Shown: piece after piece, positions 1 to 9,863 of the stretch
Layout: every line of letters starts with the position of its first letter
How positions within the stretch are numbered: position 1 is the first letter of the stretch
Source: Candidatus Latescibacterota bacterium
GTDB taxonomy: Bacteria > Latescibacterota > UBA2968 > GCA-2709665
Assembly (NCBI GenBank): GCA_965226795.1
Contig: CBDDDZ010000004.1
Location: forward strand, 224,001 to 288,000
DNA length: 64,000 bases
Direction of reading: 5' to 3'
Program-made: the position numbers and the translations under genes
Notes under the pieces: generated by a model
The model's input: the letters and a program-made list of their open reading frames with translations, nothing else
What the model was told of the DNA's origin: nothing
Databases searched by the model: none

Positions 1-444
1 GAACGCGACCGGCTCTGGCAGGCGCGGTACGACGCCTATTACGCGTCGCGGACCATGCGTCCGGGCTCGGTGGGATACGTGACGGATGTGTGCGTTCCGG
101 TTTCAAGGCTTGCGGATTGTATCCTGAGAACCAAAGAAGAACTGAAGACTACAGAACTGATCGCGCCCCTGTTCGGTCATGTTGGCGACGGGAATTTCCA
201 CGTCGTTTTCCTGATCGATCCGAATCGCCCCGAAGAGCTTGCCGAGGCGCGTCAATTCGGCGAACGGATCGTAGACCTGGCCCTGGAGATGGAAGGAACG
301 TGTACGGGTGAGCACGGGATCGGAATGGGTAAACTGGCAGCCCTGGAGCATGAACATGGCGAAGGGATAAAGGTGATGCGGGCGATCAAGAAGGCACTGG
401 ACCCGCACAATATCATGAATCCAGGAAAGGTCGTGAAGATTTGA
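1..444 (+). CDS. FAD-linked oxidase C-terminal part (GlcD / D-lactate dehydrogenase family), 5' end outside window
   Basis: Frame is open from base 1 (ERDRLWQARYDAY...). Motifs DVCVP, GHVGDGNFH, TGEHGIGMGK and IKKALDPHNIMNPGK are typical of the FAD-oxidase_C domain. Confidence 0.9.
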   Translation, partial: ERDRLWQARYDAYYASRTMRPGSVGYVTDVCVPVSRLADCILRTKEELKTTELIAPLFGHVGDGNFHVVFLIDPNRPEELAEARQFGERIVDLALEMEGTCTGEHGIGMGKLAALEHEHGEGIKVMRAIKKALDPHNIMNPGKVVKI

Positions 445-488
445 GTTCTGAAAAGCCCAACAGAATCTGCGATTATAAATATTTATTC

Positions 489-517
489 TTTACATTTGAT
501 CATTTTTTGGGTATATT
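489..517 (+). promoter_or_regulatory. sigma70-type promoter of the arg operon
   Basis: TTTACA (489-494), 17 bp spacer, TATATT (512-517) in an AT-rich gap upstream of argR. Confidence 0.7.
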
Positions 518-554
518 GGAATAATAATCCGATTTTGCGGAATAAATTTCCATG
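516..554 (+). promoter_or_regulatory. Tandem ARG boxes (ArgR operator)
   Basis: Two imperfect 18-bp palindromes, TTGGAATAATAATCCGAT (516-533) and GCGGAATAAATTTCCATG (537-554), separated by 3 bp, which is the canonical ArgR operator geometry. Confidence 0.7.
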
Positions 555-1016
555 GGTGCGAAACAGGAACGGCAACGGCGGATTCTCGAATTCATCGCGT
601 CCCGTGCAATCGGGACCCAAAAGGCGTTAAGCGACGCGCTCGGCACAGCGGGAATATCGACCACGCAGTCCACGCTCTCGAAGGATTTGAATCAGCTGGG
701 CATTGTAAAGTCGCCGGACGGTGCGGGTGGTTTTCGCTATCAGGCGCCGGTCGAAGATGCCCAACCGTACGGCCGTCGGTCGGGTCTGCTCGCGAGGGAG
801 TTGAGGGATTTCGTCGTCGAATCGGGCGGGGCGGGGCATACACTCGTGCTGAAGACGATTACCGGACACGCGCAGGGCGTGTGCGAGGCAATCGACCGGG
901 CCGGATGGACCGAGGTTGTCGGTACGATCGCAGGGGAAAATACAATATTCATCCTGTGTCAAACCGTGGAGAAACGGGAGGTTTTGAGGGAACGGATTTT
1001 GGAGATTTCCGGATGA
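552..1016 (+). CDS. argR: Arginine repressor
   Basis: N-terminal wHTH (TQSTLSKDL..LGIVK) and C-terminal motifs LKT..G.A, VGTIAGENTIF; heads the arg operon. Confidence 0.95.
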   Translation: MGAKQERQRRILEFIASRAIGTQKALSDALGTAGISTTQSTLSKDLNQLGIVKSPDGAGGFRYQAPVEDAQPYGRRSGLLARELRDFVVESGGAGHTLVLKTITGHAQGVCEAIDRAGWTEVVGTIAGENTIFILCQTVEKREVLRERILEISG

Positions 1017-1173
1017 TCGGACCTGAAGAAGTAGATCGCATGTCAAACGACACGGCAGGCCGTGTCGCAACGACGCCGGCAAAAACGGGATTAAGGCGCG
1101 AAGAATGGCCTCGCCCCGGTGTTTGCCAACACCGGACACAAGAGGGGGTCCATGGATCTGCAGGAGGATCCGC

Positions 1174-2121
1174 GTGGCTTTAAAAGTTGGCATTTACGGC
1201 GATACGGGGATGGTCGGCCAGGAGATAGAACGGGTACTGGCGCATCACGACCGTGCGGAGATCGGGTTCCGACGGAATTCCAGGCGCCGGCAGGGCGCCC
1301 TGGACGAGTGCGAACTGGTATTTCTGGCTACCAAAGACCCGGAATCAATGCAATTCGCTCCGCAGGCGTTGGACGCGGGAGCGAGGGTCATCGATATGAG
1401 CGGCGCCTTCAGGTTGCCGAAAACACTGTTCGAGGCGGGCTATGGAATGCAACACCGGGCGCCGGAGCTTCTTAAAGAGGCGGTCTACGGAATGCCGGCG
1501 TTGTTTGCCGACCGGATCGCCGATGCGCGATTGGTGGCCAATCCAGGTTGTTACCCCACCAGTGTGATTCTGGCTCTGAAACCATTGAAGGGGCTGGTTC
1601 AGGGAGAGGCAACGGTGGTCGCCACGTCGGGAAATTCGGGTGCCCGACGGGAGGTGGAGGAAGAAGCGGACGAAGTGACCTATAATTTCGGACGGCGGCA
1701 CAGACATGTGCCGGAAATGGAGTTCTATTCAGAGTTCCGGGTGAATTTTACGCCGATTGTGCTGCGGTCGGTATATGCGGGCATCAACGCCAATATTCGA
1801 ATCGAGCTTGCGGATCGTTTAAAAGCGCTTTCCGAGGCGGAGGCAGCGGGACATCTGATCGACGCGATCGGATCGGCGTATACTGACGAGGATCTGGTCT
1901 GCCCTGTAGAGGATTCGGAGGAGAAACAGTGGGGCACGCGCGACGTCGTCGGCACCCACAAATTGGCGATCAAGATAGGCGTGGACGAAGGATTCGCATA
2001 TATCTGTTCGCTGGAAGATAATCTGGGCAAGGGTGCAGCCAGCCAGGCGGTCGAGAATATGAACCTGATGTGCGGGTTGCCCAGGCTGTGTGGCATCGAC
2101 GGGGTTTACCGCACGGACTGA
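1174..2121 (+). CDS. argC: N-acetyl-gamma-glutamyl-phosphate reductase
   Basis: Rossmann-like GIYGDTGMVG, VIDMSGAFRL, catalytic VANPGCYPT, DNLGKGAASQAVENMNLM. GTG at 1174 follows AGGAGG (the ORF track starts at 1105). Confidence 0.92.
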   Translation: MALKVGIYGDTGMVGQEIERVLAHHDRAEIGFRRNSRRRQGALDECELVFLATKDPESMQFAPQALDAGARVIDMSGAFRLPKTLFEAGYGMQHRAPELLKEAVYGMPALFADRIADARLVANPGCYPTSVILALKPLKGLVQGEATVVATSGNSGARREVEEEADEVTYNFGRRHRHVPEMEFYSEFRVNFTPIVLRSVYAGINANIRIELADRLKALSEAEAAGHLIDAIGSAYTDEDLVCPVEDSEEKQWGTRDVVGTHKLAIKIGVDEGFAYICSLEDNLGKGAASQAVENMNLMCGLPRLCGIDGVYRTD

Positions 2122-2316
2122 GGCACTGGCCGATACCAGGCGCCCGCAAGTGCCTGGTTTGCTGACGCCTGGTGTCCGAAGTGCGCGGTTGCCGGAAACG
2201 GATCCCCAACTCAAAAGGGCGGCCAGCTTACGGTCTTTGAAGACGACGCCCCGACCGCGCCGAATCCTGCCGGATACTGGTTTTAGCACCGGGTTATTGT
2301 ATGTAAGGAATGTGCG

Positions 2317-3201
2317 ATGGAGCAATTCATCCAGAAAGCAGCCACGCTCGTGGAGGCGTTTCCCTATATCCGTTCGTTTCGGGACAAGATTGTCGTTGTG
2401 AAATACGGCGGCAGTACACAGCCGGACGACGGCGGGTCGGACACGATTCTGGCGGATCTGGTCTTCATGGAAACGGTGGGAATGCGGCCGGTGGTCGTGC
2501 ATGGCGGCGGCAAGGAAATCAGCAGACGCCTGCAGGACGCCGGGCTGGAGTCGAAGTGGATAAACGGATTGCGTATTACAGACGCGAAGTCGATGCAGGT
2601 GGTCGAAGACACACTGTTTGGGCTGGTGAACAGACGGATTGTCGAGGGAATCCAGGCATTGGACGGCTGCGCACTCGGGATGTCGGCGAAGGAAGCCGGC
2701 GTTATGCACGTACGTAAACACTATGCGCAAGTGGAATCCGATGGAACTCACGTGCCGGTGGATATCGGGTTTGTGGGCGACGTACACAGGGTGGACCCGG
2801 AACCGGTTCGACGCGCGTGCGAGAAAGAGACGATTCCGGTGATCGCGCCAATCGGCCTGGGTTCCGACGGCAAGAGTTACAACGTGAACGCGGATACGGC
2901 CGCGGGGGAAATTGCGCGAACGCTTCAGGCGGAGAAGCTGGTTTTTTTGACAGACGTAAATGGCATTTTGAGAGACAGCGCCGATCCGGAATCCAGGATT
3001 TCAACGTTGCACGTAAACAACGTGGATGGCCTGATTCAGGACGGTACGGCAAAGGGAGGGATGATTCCAAAGCTTCAGGCCTGTGTGCGTTCGGTGAGAG
3101 GGGGCGTGAATAAGACCCACGTTATAGATGGACGTGTTCCACACGCGCTGCTGCTCGAAGTCTTCACGCGTGAAGGGATCGGTACCGAGATTGTTCAATG
3201 A
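2317..3201 (+). CDS. argB: Acetylglutamate kinase
   Basis: VVKYGG, VVHGGG, GLRITD, NVNADTAAG, LTDVNG, GGMIPK motifs. Confidence 0.97.
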   Translation: MEQFIQKAATLVEAFPYIRSFRDKIVVVKYGGSTQPDDGGSDTILADLVFMETVGMRPVVVHGGGKEISRRLQDAGLESKWINGLRITDAKSMQVVEDTLFGLVNRRIVEGIQALDGCALGMSAKEAGVMHVRKHYAQVESDGTHVPVDIGFVGDVHRVDPEPVRRACEKETIPVIAPIGLGSDGKSYNVNADTAAGEIARTLQAEKLVFLTDVNGILRDSADPESRISTLHVNNVDGLIQDGTAKGGMIPKLQACVRSVRGGVNKTHVIDGRVPHALLLEVFTREGIGTEIVQ

Positions 3202-3254
3202 AGCGAACGCACGAATTGCGTAGTTTGTAGGGAACCCAACCAATCGGGGAGTGG

Positions 3255-4454
3255 ATGATGGATACGAATGCCATAATCGATCTTGAGCAAAACTACATTC
3301 TGCAGACCTATGCACGGCCCGACTTTGTCTTGGAACGGGGAGACGGGGTGCATCTGTTCGACACCGACGGGAAACGGTATCTGGATTTCGTGAGCGGCTT
3401 GTCCGTGAATGCGCTGGGATACAACAACCCGGCCATTGACGATGCGATGACGGAGCAGGCGCGGAAGCTGATCCACGTCTCGAACCTGTACCATACGATT
3501 CCCGCGCCTCGGTTGGCGAGAATGCTGTGCGAACATTCATTCGCGGATCGTGTGTTCTTCTGCAATAGCGGAACCGAGTCCTGGGAAGCCGCGCTGAAAT
3601 TTGCACGGAAGTGGGGGTACAGAAATTTCGAGGACCGCGCGAAGTATAAGTTCATTGCGATGGACAATTCGTTTCACGGACGCACAATGGGGTCGGTTTC
3701 CACCACGGGGCAGCCGAAGTACCACAAGGGATTCGGACCCTTGTTGCCCGGTATCTCTTTCGCGGATTTCAACGATCTCGAATCGGTGGAGCGGCTGGTC
3801 AATGCGGAAACGGTGGCGGTGATTCTGGAGCCCCTCCAGGCCGAGGGCGGTATTCATTCGGCAGACCCATCGTTCCTGGAAGGGCTGCGACAGTTGTGCG
3901 ATGAGATGAAGATGCTGCTGGTGTTCGACGAGATCCAGTCAGGACTCTGCCGGACCGGATCCCTGTTCTGTTACGAACACTACGGGGTAACGCCGGATAT
4001 CATGACGCTTGCCAAGCCGCTCGCCGGCGGACTGCCGATAGGCGCGACGTTGATGCGCCAGGCCGTTGCCGACGCCGTGGAACCGGGCGACCACGCGGCC
4101 ACGTTCGGTGCCCACCCGGTTTGCTGCGCCGTTGGCATCGAGGTCTTCGGGCAACTCTGCAAACCGGACTTTATCGCGGGCGTCAGGGAGAAAGGCGACC
4201 ACCTCAAAAGCCGGCTTGACGCGCTGAAAGACCGGTATCCGGACAAAATCACGGAGGTTCGTGGTATGGGGTTGATCGCAGGCGCTGTGATGGCCGACGT
4301 TCCGGCCGCGGATGTGATGGGCACGTTTCGGGAGCGGGGGATTCTGGTATGTGTCGCCGGGCCCGACGTGGTGCGCTTTCTGCCTCCTCTGGTGATTGGA
4401 ATGGAGAATATCGACCACGTCATGGAGGTGTTTGACGAAATCCTTAAGGGATAA
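3255..4454 (+). CDS. argD: Acetylornithine aminotransferase
   Basis: Class III PLP aminotransferase motifs FFCNSGTE, SFHGRT, FDEIQSG, PDIMTLAKPLAGGLPIGA; arg operon context. Confidence 0.95.
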   Translation: MMDTNAIIDLEQNYILQTYARPDFVLERGDGVHLFDTDGKRYLDFVSGLSVNALGYNNPAIDDAMTEQARKLIHVSNLYHTIPAPRLARMLCEHSFADRVFFCNSGTESWEAALKFARKWGYRNFEDRAKYKFIAMDNSFHGRTMGSVSTTGQPKYHKGFGPLLPGISFADFNDLESVERLVNAETVAVILEPLQAEGGIHSADPSFLEGLRQLCDEMKMLLVFDEIQSGLCRTGSLFCYEHYGVTPDIMTLAKPLAGGLPIGATLMRQAVADAVEPGDHAATFGAHPVCCAVGIEVFGQLCKPDFIAGVREKGDHLKSRLDALKDRYPDKITEVRGMGLIAGAVMADVPAADVMGTFRERGILVCVAGPDVVRFLPPLVIGMENIDHVMEVFDEILKG

Positions 4455-4484
4455 TTGACGGTCGAAGGGAAAGGAGTGTGCGGG

Positions 4485-5738
4485 ATGAAAGTGGAGGATA
4501 TTCGGGGAAAGCGGATTGCGCTGGCGGCCTCCGGAGGGCTTGACAGCTGCACGGTTTCGCGCTGGCTGGCCGACCAGGGGGTCGAGGTGGTGAGTATGAC
4601 GGCGGATATCGGGCAGCCGGACGAGGACGATATCGAGGATATCGGGCGACGGATGCTGGCCTGTGGCGCTGTTGAATCGGTTATCCTGGACCTGAAGACG
4701 GATCTGGCCGAAGAGGCGATCACCATGCTTCTTGCCAACGCCGTGTACGAGGGCGGGTACTGGAATACCACCGGTCTTGCCCGCCACGTGACCACGCAGG
4801 GGATCCTTAAGGAGATGCAGACGCGCGATATCGACGTGCTTGCGCACGGAGCCACGGGCCGCGGAAACGACCAGGTACGTTTCCAGCTTGTCGCCAATAT
4901 GCTTTCCCCCGCCGTAAAGGTTTACGCGCCCTGGCGGGACGACGCGTTCCTGGAGCACTTCGGTGGAAGGCGGGAGATGATCGCCTACTGCCAGGCACGG
5001 AACCTCCCGATTTCCGCGACGCAGGATAAACCGTATTCGACGGATGCGAATCTTCTGGGGCTTACCCACGAGGCAGGCAAACTCGAATACCTGGACGTGG
5101 CGGCAGACTTTATCGAGCCCGGCATGGGCGTTTTTCCGCGGAACGGGCCCGACCGCCCGGAGATGTTTTCCGTGAGTTTGGAGGCGGGTTGTCCCGTACT
5201 GATGAACGGAGAGCCCGTAGACGCCGTGTCCGCGATCGCTACGGCAAACGAGGTCGCGGGCCGTCATGGAGTGGGTATCGGTATTCACACGGTCGAAAAC
5301 CGTTTTGTGGGCATCAAGTCGCGGGGCGTGTACGAAAGCCCGGGGCTCGCCTTGCTGGGCGCCTGCTACCAGTTCCTGTTGCAGCAGGTGCTGGACCGGC
5401 GGGCGCGGCGATTCTACGATACGCTTTCATCGGCGCTTGCCGAACAGATTTATCAGGGGTACTATTTCGACCTTTCGTCGCAGATGATACGCGGCGCCCT
5501 GGGGCCGGTGCGCGCGTTGGCGGCGGGATCGGTGACGGTGTCGGTCTACAAGGGAACGGTAACCTATCAATCCTCCTCGGCCGTGGCGCATTCGCTGTAT
5601 TCGTCCGAACTGTCCTCGATGGAAGCGATCGGGGATTACGACCATCGGGATTCGGAGGGGTTTCTGAATGTGTTGAGTGTCAGCGCAAGGGCCTTGAATG
5701 CTTCGGGACAGGTGAATGAAGGACCGAAGGGAAACTGA
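4485..5738 (+). CDS. argG: Argininosuccinate synthase
   Basis: SGGLDS, HGATGRGNDQVRF, YSTDANL, VENRFVGIKSRGVYESPG. ATG at 4485 follows AAGGAG. Confidence 0.96.
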   Translation: MKVEDIRGKRIALAASGGLDSCTVSRWLADQGVEVVSMTADIGQPDEDDIEDIGRRMLACGAVESVILDLKTDLAEEAITMLLANAVYEGGYWNTTGLARHVTTQGILKEMQTRDIDVLAHGATGRGNDQVRFQLVANMLSPAVKVYAPWRDDAFLEHFGGRREMIAYCQARNLPISATQDKPYSTDANLLGLTHEAGKLEYLDVAADFIEPGMGVFPRNGPDRPEMFSVSLEAGCPVLMNGEPVDAVSAIATANEVAGRHGVGIGIHTVENRFVGIKSRGVYESPGLALLGACYQFLLQQVLDRRARRFYDTLSSALAEQIYQGYYFDLSSQMIRGALGPVRALAAGSVTVSVYKGTVTYQSSSAVAHSLYSSELSSMEAIGDYDHRDSEGFLNVLSVSARALNASGQVNEGPKGN

Positions 5739-5773
5739 GAAAACCGGAGACGGTTGTTGTTACGGAGAATTCG

Positions 5774-7180
5774 ATGGACGAATCTGCAGAAAAGTCCTGG
5801 TCGGGGCGGTTTGATAAGCCGTCGGACAGACTCATGGAACAATTCAACGCGTCCATCGGGTTCGACCGTCGGCTCTACAGGGTGGATATCGACGGGAGCC
5901 GCGCGCAGGCGAAAGCACTGGCGGCGGTTGGTGTCTTGAACGCACAGGAATTGGATTGTGTCCTGAAGGGCCTGGACCAGGTGGAAGTGGAGGCCGCCGA
6001 AGGACGCCTTGCGCTGGGCGAACATCTGGAAGACATACATATGGCGGTGGAGGCGCGGCTCATCGAGATTGTGGGCGAGGTGGGCGGCAAGCTCCATACG
6101 GGGCGCAGCCGGAACGATCAGGTGGCGCTGGATGAGCGGCTGTATCTGCGGGAGGCGACACGGGACACCGTTGCCGGAATCGACCGGCTGCAGGCCGTTC
6201 TCGTGGATTCCGCGGATCGGCACCTCGACGTATTGATGCCGGGATATACACATCTGCAGCAGGCGCAGCCCGTGCGCCTGTCACACTATACAATGGCATT
6301 GTTCTGGATGCTGGATCGAGACCGGGGACGGTTTTCGGCATGCTCGGAACGGGCGGATGCCATGCCGCTCGGATCGGGGGCCTTTGCCGGCAGCGCCTAT
6401 CCGATCGACCGGAAATTTCTGGCGACGGAACTGGGTTTCTCGCGAATAACCGAAAACAGCATCGACGCCGTGAGCGACCGCGATTATCTACTGGAGTATA
6501 TGTCCGCCGGCGCGATTATGATGGGACACCTGAGCCGGTTCTGTGAGGATTTGATCGTGTGGTCATCGTCCGAGTTTCAGTTTATCGAACTGGACGACGC
6601 GTACAGCACGGGATCGAGCATGATGCCCCAGAAAAAGAACCCGGATTCGCTGGAACTGATCCGCGGAAAGACGGGTCGGGTGTACGGCAATCTGATGTCG
6701 TTGTTGACGGTGATGAAAGGATTGCCGCTCACCTATTCGAAAGATCTGCAGGAGGACAAAGAAGCCTTTTTTGATACGGTCGATACAATAAATCAGGTGC
6801 TGGCGGTATTTGCCGGCGCGTGGGAAACAATGAAGGTCCTGACCGAGCGAATGCGCGAAGCTCTCGACGGCACCGTTGTGGCGACGGATCTCGCGGATTA
6901 TCTGGTGCGGAAGGGGTTGCCCTTTCGGGAAACTCACAGGATTGTGGGCAGGTTGGTCCGGAAGGCGCTGTCGAGGGGTCGACGCCTGGACGAACTGGAC
7001 CTGGCGACACTCCGATCGGAGTCCAATTTGATCGAGGCGGATGTAGGGGAGTCGCTTTGCGCAGAGGCCAGTGTCAACCGGCGGGAACTGGACGGCGGAA
7101 CGGGTTACCACGCCGTGCTGGCGCAGATCCACAGCGGGAGGCAGATGCTGAGCCGGAGATCCCGGGGAGCGGAAGCGTGA
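5774..7180 (+). CDS. argH: Argininosuccinate lyase
   Basis: WSGRF, HTGRSRNDQV, MPGYTHLQ.AQP, signature GSSMMPQKKNPD. Confidence 0.98.
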   Translation: MDESAEKSWSGRFDKPSDRLMEQFNASIGFDRRLYRVDIDGSRAQAKALAAVGVLNAQELDCVLKGLDQVEVEAAEGRLALGEHLEDIHMAVEARLIEIVGEVGGKLHTGRSRNDQVALDERLYLREATRDTVAGIDRLQAVLVDSADRHLDVLMPGYTHLQQAQPVRLSHYTMALFWMLDRDRGRFSACSERADAMPLGSGAFAGSAYPIDRKFLATELGFSRITENSIDAVSDRDYLLEYMSAGAIMMGHLSRFCEDLIVWSSSEFQFIELDDAYSTGSSMMPQKKNPDSLELIRGKTGRVYGNLMSLLTVMKGLPLTYSKDLQEDKEAFFDTVDTINQVLAVFAGAWETMKVLTERMREALDGTVVATDLADYLVRKGLPFRETHRIVGRLVRKALSRGRRLDELDLATLRSESNLIEADVGESLCAEASVNRRELDGGTGYHAVLAQIHSGRQMLSRRSRGAEA

Positions 7181-7812
7181 AGTCCTTCAGTGAGCGGGAT
7201 GTGCGGCGACACTTCCACCTCTTGCAGCACAGTCCGGAACTTGGCCTCACACAGCTGAAGGCGATGGACGGAGACCATGTTATCGGCATAGGGCTGTTCG
7301 ATAATGAGGCCGATTTCGTTTCAGAGTGCCGGCGGTACAATGGGTTGGGCACCCTATACGTGGGTGTGAACCCGAGGTCGAATCGCCTTCTGCAGGACTA
7401 TAGCGGATTAAAGAACCGCATGCGCACGCTGTTCATGGACGTGGTTGCAGAAGGGGATGTCGACTTTGTAACCGGAATGGCCGTGTTCGAACCGGAGCGG
7501 CTCGTCGGATCTGTCCGGGATTTCGTGAATGACGCTTCGGTGCTTGCGAATTACGAGGTTTTCTTTCCGCTCGATAAAGCGATGCCGGTATCCGGGGAAT
7601 CACAGCAGGGGGTCCGGCGGCAACTGGACACCTGGCTTTACGGCCCGTACGACTCCGGCGGGATCGACTTGATGCAATTCGTACGGGTTGTGGGAACGGC
7701 GGTACCGGATGGCGGATGGTTTAAGCGACGGACGGTGTTCAAGAAATTTCGGCCCTATATAATGGATGGTATTACGGCTGAGATCGAGGATCTGAAAGAC
7801 GAGTCGGTTTAG
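7177..7812 (+). CDS. Hypothetical protein, possible degenerate RepB/AEP primase-like fold
   Basis: GTG start overlaps the argH stop (GTGA); 211 aa; LYVGVNPR and D..(Q)FVRVVGT recall RepB-type primase motifs. Confidence 0.7.
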   Translation: MKSFSERDVRRHFHLLQHSPELGLTQLKAMDGDHVIGIGLFDNEADFVSECRRYNGLGTLYVGVNPRSNRLLQDYSGLKNRMRTLFMDVVAEGDVDFVTGMAVFEPERLVGSVRDFVNDASVLANYEVFFPLDKAMPVSGESQQGVRRQLDTWLYGPYDSGGIDLMQFVRVVGTAVPDGGWFKRRTVFKKFRPYIMDGITAEIEDLKDESV

Positions 7813-8004
7813 CGATGCCGGAGACGGAACTTTGGGTCCGATGGCGCGTCTACGAGGCAGTATTATGCGCCGACCAAGGTCGGGTGCGCGGGTCGACGAC
7901 CCGTTTTTTTGTTTTGGTTGACGGTTCGGGCGCCTGACCTTCCGAAATATCCGCCTTACATTGAAGTCGTGCCGGGAAATCACCTTACATCCAGGGAGAT
8001 GGTT

Positions 8005-9060
8005 ATGTTTCGAAAAATAATCGCTTTGTTGTGCACCAGTTGTCTGCTGTGGACCAGCCTGGTTGGCGCCGGTCAGACGTGGGCGGCGGAATCCACCGGT
8101 GCAAAGGCGGAGAAGGGAGAAAAGGATGGCGAAGAACGCCCGAAAACCACCCGGACGATCGAAGCCCTGGAAGACGGGGGCTGGTCCATCGTAGACGTCC
8201 GGCAGGTTAAAGGGAATCTGATAGTACTCAGCCCACTCGTGGGCCCGGAAATCGACCTGGAGGAGAGCAACCGGTATTCTCTCTTCCATGGGCGCAGCGT
8301 CTATAACGAAAAGGTTCCCCTGCGGTTTCTCAACGTGGCCATTTCCGGTCTCCAGACAGCCACTTTTCTGAAACTTGGAGAACGCGTGATGGTGAGGATC
8401 CGGTACCGGGCGGGCTCGGAGATTGCGGACAGGACGATGCCCGTAGGGGACGAGGATGCGCTCCGACGGCTATGTGAATACGTTGAGCATTTCGACGAGG
8501 TCCGGAAGGGCGAATATAAAATCGGATTCGAATCCAAATTGCCCGAAGATGCGGAGTATCCCAAATATACCGATCGGGAAATTTCCTTCGTAGAACGGCG
8601 CACGCGCGTCGGGATAACGCGCCGTTTTCCAGGCGGGGTGGTTCTTAAGGACGGAGAGCGGATACAGGGACAACTGTTGCCGGAATTCGACGATGGAACC
8701 ATACTGGTCCAATCCGGACTCGATGCCCGGCGGGTTCCGGTTGAGGATATCGAACGTGTCCTGTTCCTTCGGGGGAAACGTTCGGCAAAGCTTGGCACCG
8801 CTATCCGGATGGGCTTCGGGGGCGCCGTGTCCGGCGCCATTCTGGGTACGCTTGCCGCCTGGCAGTCGGACTCACCGGTTAAAGAGACAGCGATTCTGTT
8901 CGCATCGATATCGGGTGGAATCGGGTTTCTCACCGGTCTCTTCCGATCGCGAGGCGGTCCTGGCAAACGTGAGTTCGTGCTGGGTCCTGTAAAAGACGGG
9001 CGGGATCGCAAATGGGACAGTGAACAAGAAAAGGGGAAACGTGAGACCGGGGGAGAGTAG
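8005..9060 (+). CDS. Exported/membrane hypothetical protein
   Basis: Signal peptide MFRKIIALLCTSCLLWTSLVGAGQTWA after AGGGAG; C-terminal Gly-rich hydrophobic hairpin. Confidence 0.75.
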   Translation: MFRKIIALLCTSCLLWTSLVGAGQTWAAESTGAKAEKGEKDGEERPKTTRTIEALEDGGWSIVDVRQVKGNLIVLSPLVGPEIDLEESNRYSLFHGRSVYNEKVPLRFLNVAISGLQTATFLKLGERVMVRIRYRAGSEIADRTMPVGDEDALRRLCEYVEHFDEVRKGEYKIGFESKLPEDAEYPKYTDREISFVERRTRVGITRRFPGGVVLKDGERIQGQLLPEFDDGTILVQSGLDARRVPVEDIERVLFLRGKRSAKLGTAIRMGFGGAVSGAILGTLAAWQSDSPVKETAILFASISGGIGFLTGLFRSRGGPGKREFVLGPVKDGRDRKWDSEQEKGKRETGGE

Positions 9061-9161
9061 CCAGGTTTTGCGCATGAATCTCATCCAGCCGGGCCCGAAG
9101 CGGTTATGAATGTTGACGGCTGGACTCCATTTGCCCATTGGCAGGCATCAGAGAGGGGACA

Positions 9162-9683
9162 TTGACCAGCTTATCCTATCGGGACGCACGTCCGGATGTT
9201 CACGAAACGGCTTATCTGGCCGCAGGGGCGGTACTGATCGGGAAGGTGTGTGTCGCGGCAGAGGCGAGTGTCTGGTTCAATGCCGTATTGCGCGGCGACG
9301 AGGAGCCGATCCGGATCGGCAAGGGGTCCAATATCCAGGACGGATCGGTCCTGCATACCGACCCGGGATGCCCCTGTACCGTGGGTGAGTACGTAACGGT
9401 TGGGCACAACGCGATTCTGCATGGTTGTGCGGTGGAGCGCGGCGCTACGATTGGAATGGGCGCAACGGTGTTGAATCACGCACGGGTCGGCGAGGAATCA
9501 CTCGTGGCAGCCGGTGCGCTTGTGTTGGAGGGCATGGAGATCCCGCCCCGGACGCTGGCGGCCGGCGTGCCAGCCAGAGTACGGCGGGAACTGACGGATG
9601 ATGAGATCGCGCGTTTCAGGAAGAATACCGATGGGTACATAAGGCGGAGTGAAGTTTATAAGGGTTTGAAATCGAAGGACTAG
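9162..9683 (+). CDS. Gamma carbonic anhydrase family (YrdA/PaaY-like) hexapeptide-repeat protein
   Basis: VWFNAVLRGD, SNIQDGSVLH, VTVGHNAILHGC, IGMGATV. TTG at 9162 follows GAGAGGGG. Confidence 0.93.
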   Translation: MTSLSYRDARPDVHETAYLAAGAVLIGKVCVAAEASVWFNAVLRGDEEPIRIGKGSNIQDGSVLHTDPGCPCTVGEYVTVGHNAILHGCAVERGATIGMGATVLNHARVGEESLVAAGALVLEGMEIPPRTLAAGVPARVRRELTDDEIARFRKNTDGYIRRSEVYKGLKSKD

Positions 9684-9863
9684 CGTCGAAATTTGCCGCA
9701 GGCGGGCTCTATATGGTTTTGGGCCCGCCATTATTATTTGTTCACCGAACCGCTGAAGCCATTTCCTGTCTCGGAATTCCGGCCTTTTCCTGAAGGGCGG
9801 CGGCTGCCTGGTCTTGTAACGGCCGGATCTTGTCTTGTACGCTCCGATTCACCCAAAGATACT

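Noticed and set aside
3939..5288. 449-aa minus-strand ORF
   Set aside because: Antisense to argD and argG, with no recognisable motifs.
6820..7176. N-terminal extension of the 330-aa ORF
   Set aside because: Overlaps argH out of frame; the real start is most likely the GTG at 7177.
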